From the NCBI GenBank assembly GCA_020720805.1, contig DYNZ01000004.1, forward strand, positions 19,103 through 83,102: a stretch of 64,000 nucleotides of DNA, in the 5' to 3' direction. Below, in pieces: positions 28,454 through 37,706 of this stretch. The position numbers and the translations under genes were made by a program. The notes under the pieces were generated by a model. That model ran no database searches. It was not told where the DNA came from and was given only the letters and a program-made list of their open reading frames with translations. Position 1 is the stretch's first letter. Each line of letters opens with the position of its first letter. The stretch is from Leptospira biflexa (GTDB lineage Bacteria; Spirochaetota; DYNZ01).

Positions 28454-30562
28454 ATGTCAAGTGTAGAAAGTAAAGAATCCAGATATGAAATCGAATTAGA
28501 TGGCAATACCATCGCAATAGAGACCGGCTGGCTGGCAAAACAGTCAAATGGGGCTGTGGTAGTGCGTTCTGGAGATACCGTAATTCTGGCCACAGCGGTA
28601 ATGTCCACCGAAGTCAAAGAGGGGCAGAATTTTTTTCCATTAACGGTTGAGTATAAAGAGAAATTCTATGCTGCAGGTAAAATACCCGGAGGGTTTATTA
28701 AGCGGGAAGGGAAGCCACGCGAGAAAGAGATATTGGTCTCTCGCCTAATTGATCGTCCACTACGTCCACTTTTTCCTGAGTTCTTTTTAAACGAAGTACA
28801 GATCATGACTCAATTGTTATCTGCTGATCCAAATATTCCAGCCGATGTTCTCTCTATTATTGCTTCATCAGCCTGTCTTGCTATATCGGATATACCCTTT
28901 CATGGACCAGTTGCAAGTGTTCGCGTGGGACGAATCAACAACGAATTTGTACTCAATCCGTCCTGGAAAAAGTTAGAAGAGAGCGATCTTGATCTCGTGG
29001 TAGCGGGAACAGATGTAGCTGTTTTGATGATTGAAGGGGTGAGTAAATTTGTATCTGAAGAGGATATGATCGCTGCGGTTGAATTCGCACATGAAAGAAT
29101 TCGTAAAATTTGCCAGCTGCAAAGTAAAATGGCAGCTGAAATCGGTAAACCGAAATATAAATACACTGAGATTCAACCTGACCAGAATTTAGTTCAGGAA
29201 ATTCACAACCGATTTCGCGCCCAACTTCACGCAGCCTGTTTTATTTCTGAAAAGCAGGCACGAAATGATACCATTGATGGAGTTCTCCAGGCTGCTTTAA
29301 CTGATCTGATGAAAGAATCAGATGGATCAGAAAAGGAGGCAGCGATTAAAGAGATATTTCACAATTTGGAAAAAGAGATTGTGCGCGAGGAGATTCTGGT
29401 TCATGGTAAGCGAACAGATGGCAGGGGATTGACAGATGTTCGTAATATCGATATTCGCTTGGGTTTATTGCCTCGAGCCCATGGATCAGCCCTATTTACC
29501 CGAGGTCAGACCCAGAGTTTAGGCGTGGTAACCTTGGGTACCCAAGGGGATTCTCAAAGGACAGATGATCTTGAAGGGGAATCAAGTAAGCGGTTCATGC
29601 TGCATTACAATTTCCCATCCTTCAGTGTAGGGGAAGTTCGTAAAAATACTGGGCCAGGGCGTCGCGAAATTGGTCATGGTAATTTGGCTGAAAGGGCTCT
29701 GGAAAATATCATTCCATCGAATAAAGATTTTCCTTATACCATACGATTGGTTTCTGATATCCTGGAATCGAATGGCTCTTCTTCTATGGCCTCTGTTTGC
29801 AGTGGATGCCTGGCTCTTGCTCAGGCCGGTGTACCCATACGGGAGACCGTTGCCGGTGTGGCTATGGGGCTAGTTTTGGGGAAGGATGGCAAATATGCAG
29901 TTTTAACCGATATTTCTGGCACAGAAGATCACTTAGGAGATATGGATTTCAAAGTAGCTGGATCAAAGAATGGAATTACATCCTTTCAGCTTGATATCAA
30001 GGTAGAGGGGATAACTCCTGCCATTATGAAAGCTGCATTAGAGCAGGCCAAAATTGGCAGATTTTTCATACTTGATAAAATGATTATGGCAATTCCAAAG
30101 CCATCAGATTCACTTTCCAAATATGCTCCGCGTATCAGTACGATTCAGATTCCCGTGGAAAAAATTGGCGAATTAATTGGACCTGGAGGGAGAAATATTC
30201 GAGCTATCATGGAGGATAGTAAGGCGGAGATCAATATTGAGGATAGCGGTGTTGTGACTGTCGCGGCAAGTAACCAGGAGTCGAGTGCCAGAGCCTTAGA
30301 GATGATTCGAGCTACGATTGAGGAGCTTGAGGTAGGTCGTATTTATGAGGGAAAAGTGAAGCGGATCATGGAGTACGGCGCTTTTGTGGAGGTTGGTCCA
30401 GGCAAAGAGGGTCTTTGTCATATTTCCAAGCTCGACAAACAACGTGTCCGTGCCGTGCGGGATGTCGTTAATGAGGGTGATATGATTAAGGTAAAAGTTT
30501 TAGCCATTGATGATCGTTCCGGAAAAATTGACCTATCACGAAGAGATGCTATGGAATCCTAA
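28454..30562 (+). CDS. pnp: Polyribonucleotide nucleotidyltransferase (PNPase).
   Basis: Two RNase PH domains, then KH and S1 domains at the C-terminus. 702 aa. Confidence 0.95.
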   Translation: MSSVESKESRYEIELDGNTIAIETGWLAKQSNGAVVVRSGDTVILATAVMSTEVKEGQNFFPLTVEYKEKFYAAGKIPGGFIKREGKPREKEILVSRLIDRPLRPLFPEFFLNEVQIMTQLLSADPNIPADVLSIIASSACLAISDIPFHGPVASVRVGRINNEFVLNPSWKKLEESDLDLVVAGTDVAVLMIEGVSKFVSEEDMIAAVEFAHERIRKICQLQSKMAAEIGKPKYKYTEIQPDQNLVQEIHNRFRAQLHAACFISEKQARNDTIDGVLQAALTDLMKESDGSEKEAAIKEIFHNLEKEIVREEILVHGKRTDGRGLTDVRNIDIRLGLLPRAHGSALFTRGQTQSLGVVTLGTQGDSQRTDDLEGESSKRFMLHYNFPSFSVGEVRKNTGPGRREIGHGNLAERALENIIPSNKDFPYTIRLVSDILESNGSSSMASVCSGCLALAQAGVPIRETVAGVAMGLVLGKDGKYAVLTDISGTEDHLGDMDFKVAGSKNGITSFQLDIKVEGITPAIMKAALEQAKIGRFFILDKMIMAIPKPSDSLSKYAPRISTIQIPVEKIGELIGPGGRNIRAIMEDSKAEINIEDSGVVTVAASNQESSARALEMIRATIEELEVGRIYEGKVKRIMEYGAFVEVGPGKEGLCHISKLDKQRVRAVRDVVNEGDMIKVKVLAIDDRSGKIDLSRRDAMES

Positions 30563-30609
30563 GAATAGATCTTAGGAATGAATTTTTCTTTTTTTCTGCT
30601 CGCAACAAA

Positions 30610-30625
30610 CCTGGATTCGTCCAGG
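30610..30625 (+). other. Stable UUCG-tetraloop hairpin downstream of pnp. It could be a terminator or an RNA-processing element.
   Basis: cctgga ttcg tccagg: a 6-bp GC-rich perfect stem with a ttcg loop. Confidence 0.3.
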
Positions 30626-30692
30626 TGCAGTTCTTTGAAGAGGTTTAGTCAATTAACCTTGCTTGTGTATTTCGCCAGCCCCCAATTTTTGA

Positions 30693-31985
30693 GTGGTAGT
30701 TTTCGTGAAATCTAATGAAAAAAAAATATTTATGGGAAAGCTTGCGGGGATACCCATAAATATCCTTTATGAACAGGCAGATTTTATCCCAACAGTTTCC
30801 ATGGGAATCTGGGTCAATAGCGGTTCGCGGCACGAGCAGAATGATCAACTAGGGTATGCCCACCTAGTAGAACATATGGCCTTTAAGGCTATTCCTAAAT
30901 TCGGGGCTCGCCAGGTTGCCCAGAAAATAGACGAATTAGGCGGTCACCTGAACGCCTCTACTTCCCGTGAAAATACATTTTATTACGTCACCGTCACACC
31001 TGATTTATTGATAAAGGGACTTGATCTGCTGATTCAGATCGTTCTGTTTCCTCTCTTCTCGGAAAAAGAGCTAAAGCGCGAGCAGGGTGTTATCTTAGAA
31101 GAGATCAAAATGTACCAGGATTCTCCGGATGATTTTATTCTGGATTACTTTTTAGAAGAAGTCTATAAAAAAAATAGTATTGCACATACAGAATTGGGCA
31201 ATCAAGAGAGTGTATTGGGGTGTACGATTAAAAGTCTCATGGATTTTTATAATCAGCACTACCATAGCGGCAATATTCTTTTTACCATGGTTGGCTCAGA
31301 TCCTGTTGATAAAGCTCTGGCTGCCATTGAAAAAGTATTTGAGAAATATCAAAATCTTGTTAAGCAGCCAAGATCGGTTACCAAACCTAAAAAGCCTGTT
31401 TTTCAACCTGGTTTTTATCATTTGGAAAAAGATCTGGAACAGGTACAATTTGTCGCTGCATTTCCGGCTTATGAAGTAACGAATCAACGCAATTTTGCCC
31501 TTGAGTTGCTGAATATTATGGTTGGAGGAAATCAATCTTCCCTGCTGTTTCAGTCAATACGGGAGAAAAAAGGTTTATGCTATACAATATCCTCTGCTCG
31601 GACAACATTTCTGGACTCAGGTTTTTGGGGAATTTATGGCGCAACTATGCCAGATAGGTTAGTTGTCACCCTAACAACCATGAAGAAAGAACTGGAAAGG
31701 CTTTCAAAAAAATTTTTCACTAAAGGTAATCTTTTTGCTGCAAAAAATTTCTTTAATCTGAATTTTTTAATGTCCCTTGAGTCCAGCGAATATAGAATGT
31801 TCCGGTTGGCAAAGAATTTTCTTTTGTACGGACGCCAAATTGATTATTTGGCGGTAAAACAGAAAGTGGACGCAATTTCAATGGAAGAGGTGTTGCAAGA
31901 ATATCGCGACATTGTTGATTTCCGGAAAATTGCGTTAGTCTCCCTTGGCAAAAAAACGCAGGAAATAAATGGTCATTTTACCTGA
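30693..31985 (+). CDS. M16 family zinc peptidase (pitrilysin-like).
   Basis: Inverted zinc-binding motif HLVEHMAF (HxxEH) and a downstream E. The start is ambiguous among GTG 30693, GTG 30705 and ATG 30732. Confidence 0.8.
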   Translation: MVVFVKSNEKKIFMGKLAGIPINILYEQADFIPTVSMGIWVNSGSRHEQNDQLGYAHLVEHMAFKAIPKFGARQVAQKIDELGGHLNASTSRENTFYYVTVTPDLLIKGLDLLIQIVLFPLFSEKELKREQGVILEEIKMYQDSPDDFILDYFLEEVYKKNSIAHTELGNQESVLGCTIKSLMDFYNQHYHSGNILFTMVGSDPVDKALAAIEKVFEKYQNLVKQPRSVTKPKKPVFQPGFYHLEKDLEQVQFVAAFPAYEVTNQRNFALELLNIMVGGNQSSLLFQSIREKKGLCYTISSARTTFLDSGFWGIYGATMPDRLVVTLTTMKKELERLSKKFFTKGNLFAAKNFFNLNFLMSLESSEYRMFRLAKNFLLYGRQIDYLAVKQKVDAISMEEVLQEYRDIVDFRKIALVSLGKKTQEINGHFT

Positions 31986-33672
31986 TGCAAAGGAAGGATC
32001 AAAAACGAACGACATGGATGACCAGAAAATAAAAATAATGCCAATTGGCGGTGTCGGAGAGATCGGCCGCAACATGATGTTGCTTGAATACGAGCAGGAT
32101 TTGGTCATTATTGACGTGGGATTAAAATTTCCTGATTCGCACCTACCTGGGGTCGATCTGATTCTTCCGGATTTTTCTTATGTGTTGCAGAATGAGAAAA
32201 AATTAAAAGCAATTTTAATTACCCATGGTCATGAAGATCATATTGGAGGGCTTGTCTATTTATTGAAAGATATTGCTGCGCCAGTATATGCTACCAGATT
32301 AACGCTCGGCTTGATTGGAAATAAAATGATTGAGCATGGATTGCAGGAACGGCAGCTTTTTCATGAAGTCAAACCTAGAGATCGCGTAACCATTGGAAAG
32401 TTTCGAGTCGAATTCATTAACGTTAACCACTCTATTGCTGGTTGTTTAGCGCTTGCCATCAATACTCCTGTAGGCACGGTTATCCACACGGGTGATATAA
32501 AAATTGATTCTAATCCTATAGATAATGCTTTATTTGATTTTTATACCTTTGCGCGATATGGCGAAGAGGGGGTGTTGCTATTACTATCGGACTCAACGAA
32601 CGCCAATCGTCCTGGATATACCCGATCAGAAAGTATCACAGGAAAGAAGATCAATGATATCGTTGCAGCTGCAAAGGGAAGGGTTATCATTGCCTCCTTT
32701 GCCTCGAATATCCATAGAATTCAACAGATCATTCAAGTGGCTAGGGCCAATGGTCGTAAAATTGCTCTTTCCGGCCTATCGATGCTAAAAAATGTTGAGT
32801 TAGCGAGACAGCTTGGCTATCTTGAGTATGAAGAAAATGATCTCATCCCATTAAATGATCTAAAATTTCATCCGGATAATAAAATAGCCATTATCACGAC
32901 AGGCAGCCAGGGGGAGCCGCTATCGGCATTAACCAGAATAGCGAATAAAAAACATGCTCATATCAAGGCAGTGGTTGGAGATACGATAATTATATCTGCT
33001 TCCATTATTCCCGGGAATGAAAGAGCGGTCGCTGACAATATCAACAAATTAATGATGTTGGGGGCTGCGGTTGAAATCAACTCCGGTAATGGTATTCATG
33101 TCAGCGGTCATGCGAGCCAGGAAGAGCTAAAGACTATTATTAATATTACTCGCCCCAAATTTTTTATGCCCGTGCATGGTGAGTACCGGCATTTGGTTGC
33201 GCATGCTGATCTGGCAATTGCGACTGATATTCAGCCTGAGAATATTATTATTGCTCAAAATGGCGAAATTATCATTCTGGATCAAAATGGTTACCAAAAG
33301 CGTGGAAATATTCCTGCTAACGATATTTATGTGGACGGGAAAACAATTGGCGATATCGGTTCTTCCGTATTAAAAGATCGAATCACTCTTTCGGAAAATG
33401 GGATCGTTTTTATTGTCATTGTTCTGAGTCAGGATTTTTTTCTGGCCGAGGCGCCCCGCTTTGTCATGCGAGGCTTTATTTTTTCGAAAACAGCTCAAGC
33501 TGTTTACCAGGAGATGGAACTTAATATCGAAAAAATTGTTGATAAGTGGCGATTGGGCAGCCGCAAGAAGGGACTTGAGCATAGGATTAAGAGTACCTTG
33601 AAAAAAATTCTGTTCACATTAACGGGACGTGAGCCCATGATAGAGGTTGAAATCATTCGCCTAGAATATTAA
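31969..33672 (+). CDS. rnj: Ribonuclease J (metallo-beta-lactamase/beta-CASP RNase).
   Basis: IMPIGGVGEIGRNM, HGHEDHIGG and beta-CASP motifs. AGGAAA RBS 5 nt upstream of 31969. Confidence 0.85.
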   Translation: MVILPDAKEGSKTNDMDDQKIKIMPIGGVGEIGRNMMLLEYEQDLVIIDVGLKFPDSHLPGVDLILPDFSYVLQNEKKLKAILITHGHEDHIGGLVYLLKDIAAPVYATRLTLGLIGNKMIEHGLQERQLFHEVKPRDRVTIGKFRVEFINVNHSIAGCLALAINTPVGTVIHTGDIKIDSNPIDNALFDFYTFARYGEEGVLLLLSDSTNANRPGYTRSESITGKKINDIVAAAKGRVIIASFASNIHRIQQIIQVARANGRKIALSGLSMLKNVELARQLGYLEYEENDLIPLNDLKFHPDNKIAIITTGSQGEPLSALTRIANKKHAHIKAVVGDTIIISASIIPGNERAVADNINKLMMLGAAVEINSGNGIHVSGHASQEELKTIINITRPKFFMPVHGEYRHLVAHADLAIATDIQPENIIIAQNGEIIILDQNGYQKRGNIPANDIYVDGKTIGDIGSSVLKDRITLSENGIVFIVIVLSQDFFLAEAPRFVMRGFIFSKTAQAVYQEMELNIEKIVDKWRLGSRKKGLEHRIKSTLKKILFTLTGREPMIEVEIIRLEY

Positions 33673-33788
33673 CCAGTTACCTCTGCGCTGCTTGGACTTT
33701 TTTCCTGCCTCAAACATTTCGCTAAGGGAATCCGTCGATTTCTCCGAGTATAAATAGGGAAGAGACATAAACGGAGGCTTGACGAACT

Positions 33789-36551
33789 GTGTACTATCTG
33801 ATTTCCATACCCTTGCTGATTTGGTTGTTTGTTTCTGCCGCCAACAATGATACGGTTAGTCTAATCTACCATTGGAGAGATCTGCCAATACCATCTCTGC
33901 CAAAATTTTTTCTTGGTAACGCGATCTATGTAGCCCTGGTTCTATTTTCTGGAAAGCTCTTTATGCAGTTTTGGGATCGGAAGATAGGTCGGCAATATAG
34001 GGGTCATTTCCTCTCTCACTCTCTTTTTTATACAACAGCATCCTTGGTTGTTGTCGGTTTTTCTGCGTTTTTTTCCTTTTTATCTCCCAAGGATGCGATT
34101 TGGGGGGGGTATTGGGGACATCAAATGTACGATTTCGTGCGGAATTCTTTCGGTGAAAATCCTGCCTTATTGTTATTGCTGATTCTGCTTTCCTTAGCGG
34201 TTCTCCTCCATTTCCGAATCTCCTGGGTCTCTCATTTTGTCATTGAGTCAAATGATGATCCAATAAAATCTTTTCTAGCAAAAGAGAGGGAGAGTATTCC
34301 CCGTCGTACCCCAGGAAAAACCTCTTATCCCCAGAATTCTATCCAGCATAAAATTCAGGAGAAGAGACTTTTGGGCAATATACCTTGGTTTACGATTGCC
34401 GAGAAGGAGGATCGTCCCCGTTTTTACGAGGTAAAAGAACAGGTCCTTGCTCTGTCCGGGAAAAAAAGAGGAAGCAAAGTCGCGGTTATTTTTGCCGGCG
34501 AAGTTACTGAGCGAAATGCTTCCTTAAAAGATGGCGAAGGTTTCTGGAACCGCCAAAGTCGTGGTTTTCTTGATCCAATTCGCATTCGTGACGAAAATGA
34601 GGTTTTTATCTTTAAAACAAAAAGTGATCAGGAAAAAAGGGACAGGGACAATTATCCCCCGTTGGAGGTGGCAGCAGTCGCAAACCTGGCTCCCTTGAAA
34701 AACCATGAGGAAATCTCCTCGGTCAACATCAATGAGGAGATGCTTGTAGATAAAGGATTGGTATCCTCACAGCACGATTCTCCTGTTGGCAATGATCATG
34801 TAGAGCCATTTGATGGATGTGAGGATTGTTTTGAGGACGGAGAAATCGATCAGATGATCGATGAAGAGGAGATTCTGGAGCAAACCGAGATCAATGAAGA
34901 TCAGGTTTTGGGGCATTCCCCGATGGCTCAGGGAATCTCCCCTCGTGACGAGCAAAACCAGATTCCTGAGGAGATCCAGGATGAAGTAATCGCAGAAGCT
35001 AGGACAACGGTAAAAATTGAACGTTCTTTGGCTAAAACAGAGAAGAGCCGATCGGAAGTTCAGCTAACATTCGATCAGGATTTTGAGAAGGATCTTCTCT
35101 ATTATGATTCACGGGAGTTTCCTCAGTATGTGATTCCCAGAGATATTTTTGAGGAATCGGTTCCTGAAAATGAATTTATCTATAAAACAGAAATCAATAT
35201 TGGTGCCGCAAAGTTGGAGGAGACTTTGGCTCAATTTTCTATCGAGGCCAAAGTGATTGGACATAAGCGCGGTCCCGTTGTTACGATGTACGAGGTGGCG
35301 ATTGCTCCTGGCATAAAGGTCAATCGCATTACAAACCTTGCGGATGATATCGCTATGGCATTTGCTTCTGAAAGCGTGCGCATTATTGCGCCAATTCCTG
35401 GAAAGTCTGCCATAGGGATTGAAGTTCCTAATAAGCACCGCTCTATTGTTCGCCTCGGAGATTTGTGGAATAAGGAGGATGTATTGAAAAAAGGATCGCT
35501 GGTTTTCCCTCTTGGAAAAAAATTAAATGGTGAAGTGGAGTTTCTTGATTTAACGAAAATGCCGCATCTGCTTATCGCTGGTGCAACCGGTTCTGGTAAA
35601 TCTGTTTGCGTCAATTCTATCATAAGTTCGCTGATCTACCGCTATGATCCCTCTCATGTCCGTTTTCTTCTCATTGACCCAAAGCTGGTTGAGTTACAGC
35701 TCTATAATGGAATTCCTCATCTGCTTCATAAGGTTATCACTGATGCCAAGAGTGCCACTGCGGCTCTCTATTGGGTGATCCAGGAGATGGAATACAGATA
35801 TACGATGCTATCCAAGTTAAATGTTCGTGATCTGAACAGCTACAACAGCAAGGTAGAGTCCTATATTTCGCAGGGGTACAAAGATTATAAACGTTTCCCC
35901 TTTTTAGTTATTTTGATTGATGAGTTCGCAGATTTAATGATGGTAAGCGGCAAAGAGTTGGAGGATTTTGTCACTCGAATCGCACAGAAATCCCGAGCTG
36001 TAGGAATCCATCTCATCCTGGCAACGCAACGTCCATCGGTAAATATTATTACTGGAATCATCAAAGCCAATTTTCCGGCTCGGATTGCATTCCAGGTGGC
36101 CTCCATGGTAGATTCTCGGACGATTATTGACCAGAAAGGTGCAGAGAAGCTGCTTGGTAAAGGGGATTCACTCTTTCAATCTCCCTATATGAGTTTTCCT
36201 TTCCGATCGCAAACAGCCTATGTAACAGAGGAGGAGGTGCTGGATCTTGTGAAAGTGGTTCAGCCTATGGCCAAGCCCCGTTTTATTCAGTTAGAATTGC
36301 TGGATGAGGAGACTGGTTCCTCAGTGAATTTCGATGAGGATGATGATCTCTTTGAAGAGGCCGTGGACATTATTCTGGAATCGAGAAAGGCATCGGCATC
36401 CTATTTGCAGCGTCGTCTCAGGATTGGCTACAATCGCGCTGCCCGTATGATTGAAGCGATGGAAGAGCTTGGTTATATCGGTGCCGCCCAGGGAAGTAAA
36501 CCACGGGATATCCTGGTGGATAAAATAGAGAAAAAAAATATCTCTGCCTGA
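33789..36551 (+). CDS. ftsK: DNA translocase FtsK.
   Basis: N-terminal TM segments and a long acidic linker. Motor domain with Walker A LIAGATGSGKSV and Walker B LVILIDEFADL. C-terminal gamma winged-helix domain (ASYLQRRLRIGYNRAARMIE). GTG start. Confidence 0.9.
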   Translation: MYYLISIPLLIWLFVSAANNDTVSLIYHWRDLPIPSLPKFFLGNAIYVALVLFSGKLFMQFWDRKIGRQYRGHFLSHSLFYTTASLVVVGFSAFFSFLSPKDAIWGGYWGHQMYDFVRNSFGENPALLLLLILLSLAVLLHFRISWVSHFVIESNDDPIKSFLAKERESIPRRTPGKTSYPQNSIQHKIQEKRLLGNIPWFTIAEKEDRPRFYEVKEQVLALSGKKRGSKVAVIFAGEVTERNASLKDGEGFWNRQSRGFLDPIRIRDENEVFIFKTKSDQEKRDRDNYPPLEVAAVANLAPLKNHEEISSVNINEEMLVDKGLVSSQHDSPVGNDHVEPFDGCEDCFEDGEIDQMIDEEEILEQTEINEDQVLGHSPMAQGISPRDEQNQIPEEIQDEVIAEARTTVKIERSLAKTEKSRSEVQLTFDQDFEKDLLYYDSREFPQYVIPRDIFEESVPENEFIYKTEINIGAAKLEETLAQFSIEAKVIGHKRGPVVTMYEVAIAPGIKVNRITNLADDIAMAFASESVRIIAPIPGKSAIGIEVPNKHRSIVRLGDLWNKEDVLKKGSLVFPLGKKLNGEVEFLDLTKMPHLLIAGATGSGKSVCVNSIISSLIYRYDPSHVRFLLIDPKLVELQLYNGIPHLLHKVITDAKSATAALYWVIQEMEYRYTMLSKLNVRDLNSYNSKVESYISQGYKDYKRFPFLVILIDEFADLMMVSGKELEDFVTRIAQKSRAVGIHLILATQRPSVNIITGIIKANFPARIAFQVASMVDSRTIIDQKGAEKLLGKGDSLFQSPYMSFPFRSQTAYVTEEEVLDLVKVVQPMAKPRFIQLELLDEETGSSVNFDEDDDLFEEAVDIILESRKASASYLQRRLRIGYNRAARMIEAMEELGYIGAAQGSKPRDILVDKIEKKNISA

Positions 36552-36601
36552 AAATCAAATTCAAATTTTCATTGACAAGGGAACAATCCTTCAAATTTTA
36601 G

Positions 36602-36624
36602 CACTACTCTAGCAATTTGGGAAT
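36602..36624. promoter_or_regulatory. 23-bp near-perfect palindrome upstream of rplM-rpsI. It could be an operator or a leader hairpin.
   Basis: gcaatttggga a tcccaaattgc: 11-bp perfect arms around a single central nucleotide. Confidence 0.3.
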
Positions 36625-36811
36625 CCCAAATTGCCGGGTTATGCATTGCTTTGTGACATAATCAACATTCATTTTGGCAATTTAATATGAGGTATTTTGA
36701 TTACAGAATACCAGCTGATGGGAATGATATACTGCGAAGAAAGTGCTCTTCGGCAAAGCTCAGCCATGGGGAAAACAGATATCTTTTGGGTATAACATAA
36801 AGGTTAATGAA

Positions 36812-37273
36812 ATGGAAAATATGAATAAAACTTTCTCGATTAAAGCGAAAGAAGTCGATAAAAAATGGGTTATATTGGATGCTGAAGACCAGATCCTGGG
36901 AAGATTGGCCACGAAGACAGCCATGATTCTGCGTGGAAAACACAAAGCTACCTATACTCCGTCCATGGACATGGGTGATAATGTGATTATCATTAATGCT
37001 GAAAAAATCAAACTAACTGGCTTAAAAGCGGAAAAGAAAGTCTATCGCTGGCACTCTCTTTTTCCAGGGGGGTTGAAGGAGAGAAGCTTCTCGCAAGTAT
37101 CCTCGGAGAGTCCAGAAAAGATCATTGAGCACGCGGTAAGGGGGATGCTTCCAAAAACAAAATTGGGCAAGAAGCTTTTTCAGAATTTGAAGGTTTACCA
37201 GGGAGCTGAGCATCCGCATATAGCGCAGAATCCTGTAAAAATTGCATTAGATGTAAATTCGAAAGAACAGTAG
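36812..37273 (+). CDS. rplM: 50S ribosomal protein L13.
   Basis: KTFSIKAKEVDKKWVILDAEDQILGRLAT is a typical L13 N-terminus. ATG 36812 is preferred over the upstream in-frame 36743 start. Confidence 0.9.
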   Translation: MENMNKTFSIKAKEVDKKWVILDAEDQILGRLATKTAMILRGKHKATYTPSMDMGDNVIIINAEKIKLTGLKAEKKVYRWHSLFPGGLKERSFSQVSSESPEKIIEHAVRGMLPKTKLGKKLFQNLKVYQGAEHPHIAQNPVKIALDVNSKEQ

Positions 37274-37284
37274 GTTATTGAATC

Positions 37285-37677
37285 ATGAGTGAAGTAAAAA
37301 AGATCTACATAGGTAGAAGAAAAAGTTCCGTTGCTCGCGTTATCGTAGAAAAAGGTACAGGTGAGTTTACTGTAAATGGTATGCCAGCGGATGATTATTT
37401 TCGTCGGAAAACCCTAGGTTTGATTATTCGTCAACCATTGGAATTGGTAACCGAGATTAACCGTTATAATATTCAAGCGAATGTTGATGGCGGCGGTTGG
37501 TCTGGCCAGGCAGGAGCCCTGCGGCTTGGCATCTCCCGTGCATTGAATGATATCAATGAAAAATGGAGACCGGAGTTAAAAAAGGCAGGATTTCTAACTC
37601 GTGATTCAAGAAAAGTTGAGCGAAAAAAATACGGGCGTAAAAAAGCTCGTAGAAGTTTTCAGTTTTCAAAACGTTAA
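37285..37677 (+). CDS. rpsI: 30S ribosomal protein S9.
   Basis: C-terminal [15 protein letters not shown]9 signature. Confidence 0.95.
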   Translation: MSEVKKIYIGRRKSSVARVIVEKGTGEFTVNGMPADDYFRRKTLGLIIRQPLELVTEINRYNIQANVDGGGWSGQAGALRLGISRALNDINEKWRPELKKAGFLTRDSRKVERKKYGRKKARRSFQFSKR

Positions 37678-37706
37678 TCCGCTTCACTATATTTATCTGG
37701 GGTGGT

